64,000 nt of DNA from Candidatus Actinomarinales bacterium (GCA_004213405.1 SGYR01000001.1:8866-72865), one strand, 5' to 3'. Counted from the stretch's first letter, positions 49,759 to 60,487 are shown. Numbers and translations are program-made. Notes: a model not told the origin generated them from the letters alone.

Positions 49759-50583
49759 TTATAAAATAAACTCATCTAAATCATTACCAACAATTATTTC
49801 GCCATCGTAATACTGAGATATTTCAGCTTTTAGACTTTCCTCATCAAATACTGGCGGAACGAAATGATTTAATATTAGCTTTTTTACATTGGCTGCTTGA
49901 GCTAAAGTTCCAACATCTTCTGGTGTGGAATGATACTCTTTTACATTTACTAATGTATCTTGTGTCATTCTTTTATCATCAAAATTAAGACTCACAAAAA
50001 CCTCATGAATTAAATAATCTGCATCTTTTGAAGCTTCTTCCAAATTTATACTGTATCGTGTATCTCCTGAATAAGTTATTTTTTTGTCATCTACAAAAAC
50101 TTGATACCCATATGCTGGCTCAACAGGCTGATGTTGTACCTCTATGCTTGTTATTTTTATACCCATTGATTCGTAAACAAATTCTTTTTCAATTTCACTA
50201 ATCTCAATATCTAAACCTTCATGGTTAGGTCTTTTCTCCCAGTCAACTCTTAGATTTAATTCATCTGAATATGCTTCAACAGTTTTATCAAAAAACTTTT
50301 TTATACCCTTTGGGCCAACAATTTTAAATGGCTTAGTTCTTCCAGTGTGCCAGCCTGAAATGTAAAGTTGATATAAGTCGACAATATGGTCTGAGTGAAG
50401 ATGAGTAATTAAAATGATATCTATTTCCGATGGAGCTAACCCGAAGTTGCTCAATCTTTGTGTTACTCCAGAACCAGCGTCTATCAATATTTTGTGTTTT
50501 TCTGTAAAGATTAAAGTGCTTGGACCGTAGCGAATATGGCTTGGACTAGGGCAACCTGTGCCAAGTAAAACAATTCTATTCAT
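49759..50583 (-). CDS. RNase Z/AtsA-family metallo-beta-lactamase hydrolase
   Basis: LLGTG, THLHSDH, YSGDT, IHE, YHST, NH. Confidence 0.88.
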   Translation of the reverse strand: MNRIVLLGTGCPSPSHIRYGPSTLIFTEKHKILIDAGSGVTQRLSNFGLAPSEIDIILITHLHSDHIVDLYQLYISGWHTGRTKPFKIVGPKGIKKFFDKTVEAYSDELNLRVDWEKRPNHEGLDIEISEIEKEFVYESMGIKITSIEVQHQPVEPAYGYQVFVDDKKITYSGDTRYSINLEEASKDADYLIHEVFVSLNFDDKRMTQDTLVNVKEYHSTPEDVGTLAQAANVKKLILNHFVPPVFDEESLKAEISQYYDGEIIVGNDLDEFIL

Positions 50584-51445
50584 TCGAACCTGAATTTATT
50601 GTTAGATTGCTTAATACTATTTGAGGTCTCATGCCAGAACTTATCTCCTGCATTGCAATTTCAAGTTTTAGAATAAAATCATAGTAACCTTGATCAAGGT
50701 TTTCCTGAGTAATTAATGAACTTCCTAAATAAGTAAGACTTTCTATTAAAACAGAGTTTGAAGTTATGTTTCTGGTTTCGTCAAAATTGGAAACGAACTC
50801 ATTAATTGTGTTGAGAAAAATTTGGTAGCGTTTTATTCTTTCTGATTCAGTTTCATTAATTTCCTTGAGATCCTGTGTAGCTTCTTGTAATTTTTCAACT
50901 AAGTTCTTTTCTATATCCAAATTTAAATATGTACCATCTAAAAATTTTTCGAAATCTAAAGTTGAAAAATCAAATTTAATTTCATTCTCAGATTCAAGAA
51001 ATATTGTTCTACATCTACTTTTTATCGTAGATAAAATTGTGTTTTGCGAATCGTCTCTAGCATGTGACCAAAACTTACCTGAAGATAAAATTATAAAAAT
51101 ACTTCTACTTGAAGGCTCTTCGATAGTTTTAAGTAATGCATTTGATGCTTCTTCGGTTAATGACTTTACGGGAGGAAATATTACTACTTTATATCTACCC
51201 TCAATAGGTGAGAGACTATCTTTATTAATAACATCTCTTATATCTTCAACCCCTAAAGTGTTTATATTTTCAGAATCTATAATGTTGATATCAGGGTGTT
51301 CAGCATAATCTTTTGAATCAAAAGCTAATAACATTGCAAACATTTTTGCTTGTTTAACCAACTCAGATGAAAAATTCGAAAATAACAAATATGAGTGAAA
51401 TGGTGATTTTACTTCTTGTATTAATTTTTTATTTACTGTTGTCAA
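50576..51445 (-). CDS. holB: DNA polymerase III delta-prime subunit (divergent)
   Basis: HPD, EASNALLKTIEEP, TIKSRC; follows tmk. Confidence 0.85.
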   Translation of the reverse strand: MTTVNKKLIQEVKSPFHSYLLFSNFSSELVKQAKMFAMLLAFDSKDYAEHPDINIIDSENINTLGVEDIRDVINKDSLSPIEGRYKVVIFPPVKSLTEEASNALLKTIEEPSSRSIFIILSSGKFWSHARDDSQNTILSTIKSRCRTIFLESENEIKFDFSTLDFEKFLDGTYLNLDIEKNLVEKLQEATQDLKEINETESERIKRYQIFLNTINEFVSNFDETRNITSNSVLIESLTYLGSSLITQENLDQGYYDFILKLEIAMQEISSGMRPQIVLSNLTINSGSNE

Positions 51446-52040
51446 TTTCTAACCAGTTACAAATGGCCTCTACATTTACTTCAATATTGTTTTCTGCATT
51501 CAAAATTAAAAAGCTGTCTTTAAACTCTTCTGCAAGTTTTAAATATCCTTTACGCACTTTTTGAAAAAATTCTACTTTGTCGCTTCCAATCCTATCTGCT
51601 ACTTGTTGTCTTGAAAGTGAAACTTCTGGATCTATATCAAGAAGAACAACTCTTTCAGGCCAGTTGGATTGTATTGAGATATCGTTTAATTGATATATTT
51701 TTTCATATCCAAGACCTCTTCCTTCTCCTTGATAAGCAACAGAAGAATACGCGCTTCTATCTGACAAAACCACAACCCCATTATTAAGTGATGGGAGAAC
51801 TACTTCTTCAATCAACTGAGATCTTTGAGCACAAAACAATAGTGCTTCAGCCAGTGGGTTTACTTGATAGTCGTGACTTAATAATAACTCTCTAATACCC
51901 TCTCCTACGGATGTCCCACCAGGTTCTCTCACAATTGTATGTTCTTTTTTTTGAGAGTTTAAGATATCAGAAAGATTTTCAATAATGCTAGTTTTACCAG
52001 ATCCATCAATTCCTTCAAATGCTATGTAATTAGAATTCAT
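51429..52040 (-). CDS. tmk: Thymidylate kinase
   Basis: FEGIDGSGKT, REPGGT, DR..SSVAYQG. Confidence 0.96.
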   Translation of the reverse strand: MNSNYIAFEGIDGSGKTSIIENLSDILNSQKKEHTIVREPGGTSVGEGIRELLLSHDYQVNPLAEALLFCAQRSQLIEEVVLPSLNNGVVVLSDRSAYSSVAYQGEGRGLGYEKIYQLNDISIQSNWPERVVLLDIDPEVSLSRQQVADRIGSDKVEFFQKVRKGYLKLAEEFKDSFLILNAENNIEVNVEAICNWLEIDNSK

Positions 52041-53368
52041 AATGGCTCATCCTCATCGCTCTCAAGATTTAATCTTAACTTGTTAAAATTTGAATTTTCA
52101 AACCCAAATTCTCTAATAATTTTTTTATATCCTCTTATAAAAGTCATGAATCCAGAAAATAATATAAAGCAGGAGCTTAATCTAAGTACCAATAAAACTC
52201 CATCTACCTCAAAGTAGTTATTTGCAAAGCTTGCGACAAAACCAGAAATGAAAACTGAAACCAACAGAGATAATCTCCCAATTGTATAAAAATTACCAAA
52301 AACTCTACCTCGAAGATTTTCAGAAGTTGTGCTTTGTAAATAACTGATTGTTAGTAAATAAACAGAACCTGAACCAATTCCAGAAATAAATATAAAAAAT
52401 AAAATAGTAGAAAACTCATAAGAGTTGAAGGCAAATAGTAATGAAAGGCCTGTGATAATCATGCTGATGCCTATAAAAAAAGACACCCTATTAAAAGTGG
52501 TTACAAAATAACTCAAAATTACCATTGTGAACACAATCCCAAAACCAAATGAAGCAATCATGAAACCAAATGAGCTCTGAGTAAATTTGAGAGATTGTGT
52601 AAGGTATGAGCTTCCCAAAACAAATAAAGCCCCTGCGCCAATAAGACTTAGAGAAATAGATGTTGTTACAGTCCTGAGTTCTTTATTTTTAAAAAAATAA
52701 TTTATTCCTTCTTTTATGTCTGAAAGAGCATTGTTTTGAGTTGTGGTTCCAACGCTTTGAGAACTGGTTTTTAAGGAAAATAATAAAATAGTTGATATTA
52801 AAAACGTTAATGAATCTAGAAGAAATACAACTGAACCACTCCAGCCATTACCGAATAAAACTATTGATTCTATAAACTTTGCATCAGAAAAAAATCCAAA
52901 TAGTAAAGATGCCATAGGAAGAGAAGCATAGGTTCCGACAACAAACAGTGAATTTGCTTTAACTAAGTAATTATTTTCTACTAACTCCGGAACAATTGCC
53001 TCTCTTGAAGGTTGTCTGATTAATGAAAAAATTTCAGCAATAAAGTTTATTAGAAATAGTTGAAAAAGAGTTGTGGTAAAAAATAATCCTAAAACAACAA
53101 CCATCCTTACTAAATCACTAATAATCATTACATTTTTTTTATTAAATCTATCCGCTAATAGGCCGGCAAATGAAGACATGAATGCTGGAATTATTCTTGC
53201 TACAACAGGTACTACAGCAGTTAGTTCAGAATTTCCTTCAGTTGTACCCAAATAACTAGCAAGCGCTACAGATGCAAAAAGCGTTGCCCAGTCACCAAAA
53301 CTAGAAAGGGTGCCTGACCACCACAAAATAGAAAAGGGTGATCTTGAAAATATTTTTACTGATTTCAT
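52037..53368 (-). CDS. MFS transporter (DHA3-like), coupled to tmk
   Basis: SSFGDW, GLLADRFNKK, DLVR, RGRVFG. Confidence 0.88.
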   Translation of the reverse strand: MKSVKIFSRSPFSILWWSGTLSSFGDWATLFASVALASYLGTTEGNSELTAVVPVVARIIPAFMSSFAGLLADRFNKKNVMIISDLVRMVVVLGLFFTTTLFQLFLINFIAEIFSLIRQPSREAIVPELVENNYLVKANSLFVVGTYASLPMASLLFGFFSDAKFIESIVLFGNGWSGSVVFLLDSLTFLISTILLFSLKTSSQSVGTTTQNNALSDIKEGINYFFKNKELRTVTTSISLSLIGAGALFVLGSSYLTQSLKFTQSSFGFMIASFGFGIVFTMVILSYFVTTFNRVSFFIGISMIITGLSLLFAFNSYEFSTILFFIFISGIGSGSVYLLTISYLQSTTSENLRGRVFGNFYTIGRLSLLVSVFISGFVASFANNYFEVDGVLLVLRLSSCFILFSGFMTFIRGYKKIIREFGFENSNFNKLRLNLESDEDEPL

Positions 53369-53455
53369 TTCTTTTCTTTAATCCTAATAATATTTAAAAA
53401 TACTTTTTTTCTTAAATACTGTACATATGAACAAAATAGTGTTATCAATAAGAAC

Positions 53456-56146
53456 ATGTCAAAGCCTTTAGTAATTGTTGAGTCACCAACAAAAGTTAAA
53501 ACTATATCTAAAATTTTAGGCCCCGACTATGTAGTTAAGTCAAGTGTGGGCCATATAAGAGATCTTCCTAGAAATACAAAATCTATACCTTCTAAATTTG
53601 ATAGTAAGAAAATTTTATGGGGGGCAGTTAAACCTGGGAATTTTGAGAACATATATGTCATACCTGAAGACAGAAAAAAAATAGTGAGTGAACTAAAAGA
53701 AATAGCGGATACAGCTCCAGAAGTTTACTTAGCAACTGACGATGACAGGGAGGGTGAAGCAATTGCTTACCATTTAAAAGAAGCACTTGAAATTAAAGGT
53801 GAGCCAAAAAGAATTAAATTTAATGAAATAACTGAATCAGCAGTGACAAAAGCTATGAGTAATCCTGACACAATTGATGTAGGTAAGTTTAAATCATATG
53901 AAGCTAGAAGAACCCTAGACAGAATGATTGGTTATGAAATTTCTCCAAAAGTTAGAGATTTAGGTGGTGCTTTTATATCTACAGGTAGAGTTCAAGGACC
54001 AGCAATAAGGCTTGTTGTTGAAAGAGAAGAGGAAAGATTAAAATTTGTTAAATCTTTATATTTTGAAATAAAAGCAAATTGTGGAAGTAGTGAAGTTAAT
54101 TTTGATGCTAATTTAAAAAAAGTTGGTGAAAAGAGAATTGCAACATCAGCTGACTTTAACGACAAAGGTGAAAAAACAAATAAAGACAAGAAGTATCTTG
54201 ATAAAAATGATGCTGAGAAAATAGTAGAGATATTAACTAATTCGATTGCAAAAATTTCAAATATAAAAGAATCTTCAAGAAGCGGAAAGCCACCAAAACC
54301 TTTTAAAACTACAAGTTTGCAAACTTCTGCGAGAAGCAACTTAGGCTTTCAACCTAAAAAAACAATGGGCATTGCTCAAAGACTTTATCAAGAGGGATTA
54401 ATTACATATATGAGGACAGACTCTATAAGGCTCTCTGATAATGCAATCAAAGCTTCCCGCGATTATATTTCTGAAAATTTTTCAAGCAAACATCTTCCAC
54501 CTCAACCAAATTTATATGGTGATACAAAAAATGCCCAAGCAGCTCATGAGGCAATAAGACCCTCTGGAGATAAATTTATCACACCTGAAGAATTGCTATC
54601 AACTCATAAAGAAGATAGCGATGAATACAAGTTGTATAAATTAATTTTTAATACCACCGTAGCCTCACAAATGACTGACGCTCAGGGAATAACTAAAACA
54701 ATTGAAATAGAAGTTACGGATCCTGAATATTCTTCTCTGACACTTAGCATCTCTGGAACCACATGGACATTTGGTGGCTATAGAGATTTAATAAAAGATG
54801 CAACTGAAAAGTCTCAAGAGTTACCAGACTTAAAAGAAAATGATGAGGTGTCTATTGTTTCTGCAGAAAAAGAAGAAAAATTTACAAATCCACCAAATAG
54901 ATATTCCTCTACTTCACTAATTAACAAACTAGAAGAGCTTGGAATAGGAAGGCCTTCAACCTACGTCTCCATTATTGAAAGTATTACATCTGTTTTCATA
55001 AATGCTGAATCTAGTTTGAAACCTAGAATTTTAGCGATGGCTTTAATTAATAATTTCATGAAGCCACACTTTAATCAATATATTGATTATGAATTTTCAA
55101 AATCTATGGAAGATAATCTTGATAAAATCTTAGAAAGTAGTAATCCAGAAAAAGCCAAAATTGAATTTTTAGAAAACTCATTTAATACAATTAATAATCA
55201 TGTTGAAAATTATGGTGTACAAGACCCTCTTTTACTTACTACTGTTAATCTTCCATTTGAATCTAGATACGTCGTTAAAACAGGAAGAATACAAGGTAAA
55301 ATTCCTTACCCTTATCTCTTAAGAGATGATGACTTTAAGGTTGGGCTTCCACCAGAAATTACACTTGAAGAAATAGAAAATGAATACATCAAAGAATTAG
55401 AAAGTCATCAAGAAGAAAGTCTAAAAAAAGAACGTGTAGTCTCCAAATGTAATCTTTGTTCTGCTTCGATACTCATAAAACTAGGACCTAATGGAGGTTT
55501 TTATATTCAGCATGGTGAAAAACAAAAAGGAGTTAGACAAGAGAAGTGTAAATTCAAAAACCTTATTGGTCCAATATTTGAAGATGAAGATCCTGATACT
55601 TTAACTGAGGATCAATGTATCGAAAGATTTTCTTTATCTGCAAAAAATCCAAGAAAAGTAGTTGAGGTTGGTGATTGGACTTATTCTTCAGCTGTTGGGC
55701 CCTATGGTGGATATGCAATGAAACAAAAAAATAGAACTGTTTTTGATAATGATGAGCTGCAAGCTTTATCGAAAGATGAACTTAGAGAATTATTAGATGA
55801 TGAAAAAAATAAAGTTATTTCAAACTATTTAGGTGGAGAAATTCTTAAAATTCCAAAAAGTGCAACAAAAAATAAAATGATTGAAATGATAAACAATCAC
55901 TATTTATTAGATGAAAAATATATCAAAAAATTATCTAAAGAACATTTGGTTGGTTTAGCTAAATCTCTTGATATTGTTTTCTATAGAGGAAGATTTAGAA
56001 TGAAGCCAGAAGATGCTACAAAAGATAATCTTGTGAATAAAATCCTCATTGAGAAAAAGAATAAACCTTTAGAAAATCCTCGAGATGCTTTAACTATCGA
56101 AAAAGAGGCAATAATGTCACTCTTTGGAGATAGCGTAGAAGTCTAA
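53456..56146 (+). CDS. topA: DNA topoisomerase I (type IA)
   Basis: IVESPTK, SVGHIRDL, ATDDDREGE, GRVQ, ITYMRTDS active-site Tyr, AHEAIRP, GIGRPSTY. Confidence 0.96.
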   Translation: MSKPLVIVESPTKVKTISKILGPDYVVKSSVGHIRDLPRNTKSIPSKFDSKKILWGAVKPGNFENIYVIPEDRKKIVSELKEIADTAPEVYLATDDDREGEAIAYHLKEALEIKGEPKRIKFNEITESAVTKAMSNPDTIDVGKFKSYEARRTLDRMIGYEISPKVRDLGGAFISTGRVQGPAIRLVVEREEERLKFVKSLYFEIKANCGSSEVNFDANLKKVGEKRIATSADFNDKGEKTNKDKKYLDKNDAEKIVEILTNSIAKISNIKESSRSGKPPKPFKTTSLQTSARSNLGFQPKKTMGIAQRLYQEGLITYMRTDSIRLSDNAIKASRDYISENFSSKHLPPQPNLYGDTKNAQAAHEAIRPSGDKFITPEELLSTHKEDSDEYKLYKLIFNTTVASQMTDAQGITKTIEIEVTDPEYSSLTLSISGTTWTFGGYRDLIKDATEKSQELPDLKENDEVSIVSAEKEEKFTNPPNRYSSTSLINKLEELGIGRPSTYVSIIESITSVFINAESSLKPRILAMALINNFMKPHFNQYIDYEFSKSMEDNLDKILESSNPEKAKIEFLENSFNTINNHVENYGVQDPLLLTTVNLPFESRYVVKTGRIQGKIPYPYLLRDDDFKVGLPPEITLEEIENEYIKELESHQEESLKKERVVSKCNLCSASILIKLGPNGGFYIQHGEKQKGVRQEKCKFKNLIGPIFEDEDPDTLTEDQCIERFSLSAKNPRKVVEVGDWTYSSAVGPYGGYAMKQKNRTVFDNDELQALSKDELRELLDDEKNKVISNYLGGEILKIPKSATKNKMIEMINNHYLLDEKYIKKLSKEHLVGLAKSLDIVFYRGRFRMKPEDATKDNLVNKILIEKKNKPLENPRDALTIEKEAIMSLFGDSVEV

Positions 56147-57183
56147 ATTTCTGAAGTAAACTTATTTGTAGTTTTTTCCCAGGAAAAGTTTTCTTCAACG
56201 AAAACTTTTGATTGCTTACCAAATTGTTCAATCTCTTCAGGGTTGTCATTGAAATACTTTACGCCATCATATATGTCTTGTCTAGAACCGACAATGAAAC
56301 CGGTCTTTCCTGGAATAATAGTTTCAAAAGCTCCACCAGAACTGCCAACTAATATAGGCAAGCCAAAACTGCCTGCCTCCAAGTAAACAAGACCTAGGCC
56401 TTCAAATTCTCTTCCAAAAAATCTAGATTTGGCTGGCATTACGAATATATCAAGTTCCTTATAAAAGTTCGATAAAGAATGTTCTTCTTCATCACTATAA
56501 AATTCAATATTAGGCGATGAAACTTGGCTTAATTTTTTTAAATATTTCTCTAACTTTCCATACCCAAAGATCTTCAGGTCAACATTAACTCCGTCCATCT
56601 TTAATTCATGCAAAGCATCTATTACCCAATCAATTTTTTTTCTTGATACAAACCTACTAGCAACTCCAACTGTAAGGTTATCTTTAGTAGAGTAATCTTT
56701 TGTGTGCTCGTTTGGCTCTACTCCAGCTCCTATTAAAACAATTTCCGTTTCGGAAATATCTTCTAGTTTTCTTGCAGTAAAGAAACTAACAGTAAATATT
56801 TTTTCTAGCGCATTAAAACTTCTTCTCAATATTTTTTTTAATACAGGAATTGAATTGATTATATTAAATTCAGCTCCGTGAACAATCATGTATTGTTTTT
56901 TCCCTAATTTTTCAAGTTGATTAACTAATAAAAATTGTGGGTTGCTTGAAGCATGTAAAATAAGTTCTATATTTTTTTGATTAACAATATCGTTTATTTC
57001 ACGTACAAATCTGTTTCCAGCAAAGATAAAACTATATTTAGATTTGATTACATTATCACCTTCAGCCCAATTAGGTGCATATATAAAGGTCTCAAAATTT
57101 AAATTTTCACTAAAAGATTTAATATACGTAGAAATACCACCTTTTTTTGGTGAGTAATCATTTGTTATAACTAATGTTTTCAT
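56143..57183 (-). CDS. GT4 glycosyltransferase, PimB'-like
   Basis: ITNDYSPKKGGI N-terminus, HGAE, EGLGLVYLEA. Confidence 0.82.
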   Translation of the reverse strand: MKTLVITNDYSPKKGGISTYIKSFSENLNFETFIYAPNWAEGDNVIKSKYSFIFAGNRFVREINDIVNQKNIELILHASSNPQFLLVNQLEKLGKKQYMIVHGAEFNIINSIPVLKKILRRSFNALEKIFTVSFFTARKLEDISETEIVLIGAGVEPNEHTKDYSTKDNLTVGVASRFVSRKKIDWVIDALHELKMDGVNVDLKIFGYGKLEKYLKKLSQVSSPNIEFYSDEEEHSLSNFYKELDIFVMPAKSRFFGREFEGLGLVYLEAGSFGLPILVGSSGGAFETIIPGKTGFIVGSRQDIYDGVKYFNDNPEEIEQFGKQSKVFVEENFSWEKTTNKFTSEI

Positions 57184-58384
57184 ATCCTATTTTTCCTACA
57201 TTATAAGACCAAAGAAAATATTTGTTATCATTAGGTACCAAACAAGAAACTCCAAGATTATTTGGAATTGTGAATGCTGATGCTGCTTTTGAATCCGGAG
57301 ATTTTATTAATTTTGTAATTGCTGATTTAATAGTTCCTCCATGACTTGCCATTAATAACTTTTTCTTTTCAAGACCGTTTATAAGATTTTCAACTCTTTT
57401 TCCTGCTTCATGTATTGACTCGCCATCAATGCCATATTTAGTTTTATGATTTATAAATAAAGCTTCTATAAAGTTTTCTTGATACTTATTTAGTATTTCA
57501 GAAGTTGTTAAGCCTTCCCATTGACCAAGGTCCATCTCGGTTAACTCGTCAGAAATTTCAATATTGTTTTCGGTGATTAAGGAAAGGGTTTGGTTTGCTC
57601 TTTTGTATGGAGAGGAAATATAAAAATCATAATTTTTAAATAAATCTTTTAAAAGAATTGCCTCTTTTATTCCCGTTTCATTTAAAGGGTTGTCAATATG
57701 ACCTTGCCAAATGCCTTCTAAATTTGAATCAGTCTGTCCATGTCTGATAAAGGTTAGTGCATCGTCTTTAGATTTAGCTGGAAAGTCTATATTCTCTTTG
57801 CTCAAATGAATTGAATCATTAAATTTATTTACCTGTGTAACTGTTTCTCTTTTCACAATTGTTGAAATTGCAGTATTTGTAATATCTCCTATTGGAAAAG
57901 GATATGTGTTAAACCCTAATGTCAAACCTATGGCAGTGCCTATAAAAAATCCATGTGTAACAACAACAGTTTCTGAATCTTCTTCTGTCTGATTAAAAAT
58001 GTATTCTAACTCGTTTTTAACTCTGTCTTTAAATTCTTGTACAGACTCACCATTAGGAAATTGAAAAGAGTCATTTTGCAGAGATTGAAAAATTTCATGA
58101 TTTGAAGTGTAGGTTTCTTTTACAGACTTTCCTGTAAAGTCACCGACATTAATCTCTCTGAGATTGTCTCTAAGGATTGAAGAACTAGACAAAAATGAGG
58201 CTGTTTGAGATGCTCTTTTTAAATCAGAAGAGAAAACTTTTGTGACTCTGCTGTTTATCCTTTCAGATAATAATTTGGCTTGTTCTAATCCTTTTTTATT
58301 TAAAGGTGTGTCAGTGTGTCCTTGCCAAACTTTTAGTGCATTCTGCTCAGTTTCACCATGCCTTATGAAATGAACTGTTTTCAA
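57158..58384 (-). CDS. Tandem two-domain histidine phosphatase
   Basis: RHGET...SDLKRA...THG and RHGQT...SPYKRA...SHG. Confidence 0.9.
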   Translation of the reverse strand: MKTVHFIRHGETEQNALKVWQGHTDTPLNKKGLEQAKLLSERINSRVTKVFSSDLKRASQTASFLSSSSILRDNLREINVGDFTGKSVKETYTSNHEIFQSLQNDSFQFPNGESVQEFKDRVKNELEYIFNQTEEDSETVVVTHGFFIGTAIGLTLGFNTYPFPIGDITNTAISTIVKRETVTQVNKFNDSIHLSKENIDFPAKSKDDALTFIRHGQTDSNLEGIWQGHIDNPLNETGIKEAILLKDLFKNYDFYISSPYKRANQTLSLITENNIEISDELTEMDLGQWEGLTTSEILNKYQENFIEALFINHKTKYGIDGESIHEAGKRVENLINGLEKKKLLMASHGGTIKSAITKLIKSPDSKAASAFTIPNNLGVSCLVPNDNKYFLWSYNVGKIGYENISYNK

Positions 58385-58389
58385 TTAAT

Positions 58390-60423
58390 TTAAAAAGCAG
58401 ATGCAAATATAAGGCTTACAATTGTCATAACCTTAATGACAATATTCATTGCTGGACCAGATGTATCCTTAAATGGATCACCTATTGTATCTCCAATTAC
58501 AGCAGCTTTATGTTCGTCAGAACCCTTTCCTGCTCCACCTCCAGCTTCAATATATTTTTTTGCGTTATCCCAAGCCCCACCAGAGTTTGCCATAAATATT
58601 GCCAAGAGAAACCCAGTAACCAACGACCCAGCTAAGAAACCTCCAAGTGCTTCCTTGTCCCAAAAACCAATTATTAATGGAAGGGCAATAGCTAAGCCAC
58701 CTGGAAGAAGCATTTCTTTTAATGCCGCCGTTGTAGCTATGTCTACACATTTTGTGTAGTCAGGAACAACTCCTTCTTTTCCTTCTCTCAAACCAGGGAT
58801 TTCATTAAACTGTCGTCTAACTTCTTCAATCATTTTAAATGCTGCTCTTCCTACTGCGTTAATGGTCATAGCGGCAAACAAAAATGGGAACATACCTCCC
58901 AAAAATAAACCTAAAGTTACTTCCACCTCTGTAATATCTAATTTTTCGATACCCGCACTTTGCACAAAAGCTGAGAATAAAGCTAATGCGGTAACTGCTG
59001 CAGATCCAATTGCAAATCCTTTTGCGATTGCAGCTGTTGTATTTCCTAGAGAGTCTAATTCATCAGTCGCTTCTCTAACTTCTGGAGGTAGGTGTGCCAT
59101 TTCAGCAATTCCGCCAGCATTATCAGCGATTGGACCATAAGCATCTACTGCTACAGTTATGCCTAATGTTGACAAAACTCCAATTGCTGCAATAGCTATA
59201 CCATAGATACCACCATCAGCACCCAATGCCCAGTCACCTGCTGTGTAAGCACCATAAATTCCAAAAACAACTACAACTACCGAAAAAGCTGCTGATCGCA
59301 TACCCTCAGATATACCTGATAACACAAGCGTCGCTGGACCAGTCTTTGCTTGATCTGCAATATTTTTAACAATTGAATAATGATCAGATGTAAACCACTC
59401 TGAAATTTGACCTACTAATAATCCGACACCAAGACCAATGATGACTGAGAAAAATAATCCTATTGGGTTTTCTGCATAATCAGCGAACATAAAGTCACTA
59501 AGAAAATAAACACCAACAACAGTCAGTACTGCCGCACTATATGTACCTCTATGAAGAGCTTGTGCAAGCTTTCCTTCTTTTGGAACAACTAAAAATGAAG
59601 AGAGAATTGATGCTCCCATTCCTATTGTTCCCACGGCTAGTGGAAAAAGTAATAAAGAAGGAAGTACACTTTGTCCAGCAAAAACAATTGCAGCATAAGC
59701 TAGTGGAGCAACAAGTGAGCCGACATAGCTTTCAAAGAGGTCTGCACCCATTCCTGCAACGTCACCAACATTGTCACCAACGTTGTCAGCTATAGTGGCG
59801 GGGTTTCTTGGATCATCCTCAGGTATTCCTGCTTCAACCTTACCTACTAAGTCTGCTCCTACATCTGCTGCTTTTGTATAAATTCCACCACCAACTCTTG
59901 CAAAAAGAGCTATTGATGAACCTCCAAGACCTATTGCTGCTAATACGTCATATCCGTTTGGAAGATCTAGAACTTCAATAAATAAATAATATCCCAAAGC
60001 TACTCCTAGCAACCCCAAGCCTGCAACTGTGAAACCCATAACTGCTCCACCTCTAAATGCTACGGGTAGTGCTTTAAGAGTGCCACCGTCCCTTGCAGCT
60101 TCTGTAGTTCTTCCATTTGCTGCAGTTGCAATTCTCATACCTACAAACCCTGCTAATGAAGAAAGTAAAGCGCCTGCAACAAATGCCACAGAACCCCACG
60201 GATATCCCCATTCAGTAAGAGAGGAAATCAAGACAGCCAAAATTACGACAAAAACACTAATCCATGAATACATTCTTTTTAAAAAAGCCATTGAGCCTTG
60301 TCTAATGGCAGAAGAGAGCTCTTCTACTCTAGAATCAGTTACTTTAATTGATAAAACTTTATTTGCATAAAAAGCTGCAAGCATTAAGCCGGCGGCAGCT
60401 GCAAGCATAGAATTAAATAGCAT
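58390..60423 (-). CDS. hppA: Membrane-bound pyrophosphatase, K+-dependent (probably Na+-pumping)
   Basis: DVGADLVGKVE, DNVGDNVGD, ADLFESY, GNTTAAIAKG, GDTIGDPFKD. Confidence 0.95.
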   Translation of the reverse strand: MLFNSMLAAAAGLMLAAFYANKVLSIKVTDSRVEELSSAIRQGSMAFLKRMYSWISVFVVILAVLISSLTEWGYPWGSVAFVAGALLSSLAGFVGMRIATAANGRTTEAARDGGTLKALPVAFRGGAVMGFTVAGLGLLGVALGYYLFIEVLDLPNGYDVLAAIGLGGSSIALFARVGGGIYTKAADVGADLVGKVEAGIPEDDPRNPATIADNVGDNVGDVAGMGADLFESYVGSLVAPLAYAAIVFAGQSVLPSLLLFPLAVGTIGMGASILSSFLVVPKEGKLAQALHRGTYSAAVLTVVGVYFLSDFMFADYAENPIGLFFSVIIGLGVGLLVGQISEWFTSDHYSIVKNIADQAKTGPATLVLSGISEGMRSAAFSVVVVVFGIYGAYTAGDWALGADGGIYGIAIAAIGVLSTLGITVAVDAYGPIADNAGGIAEMAHLPPEVREATDELDSLGNTTAAIAKGFAIGSAAVTALALFSAFVQSAGIEKLDITEVEVTLGLFLGGMFPFLFAAMTINAVGRAAFKMIEEVRRQFNEIPGLREGKEGVVPDYTKCVDIATTAALKEMLLPGGLAIALPLIIGFWDKEALGGFLAGSLVTGFLLAIFMANSGGAWDNAKKYIEAGGGAGKGSDEHKAAVIGDTIGDPFKDTSGPAMNIVIKVMTIVSLIFASAF

Positions 60424-60487
60424 TTATATCCCCCTTAATGTGACTCATAATATGATACTAAAAATTTAATTTATTGGCCTATTTTTC

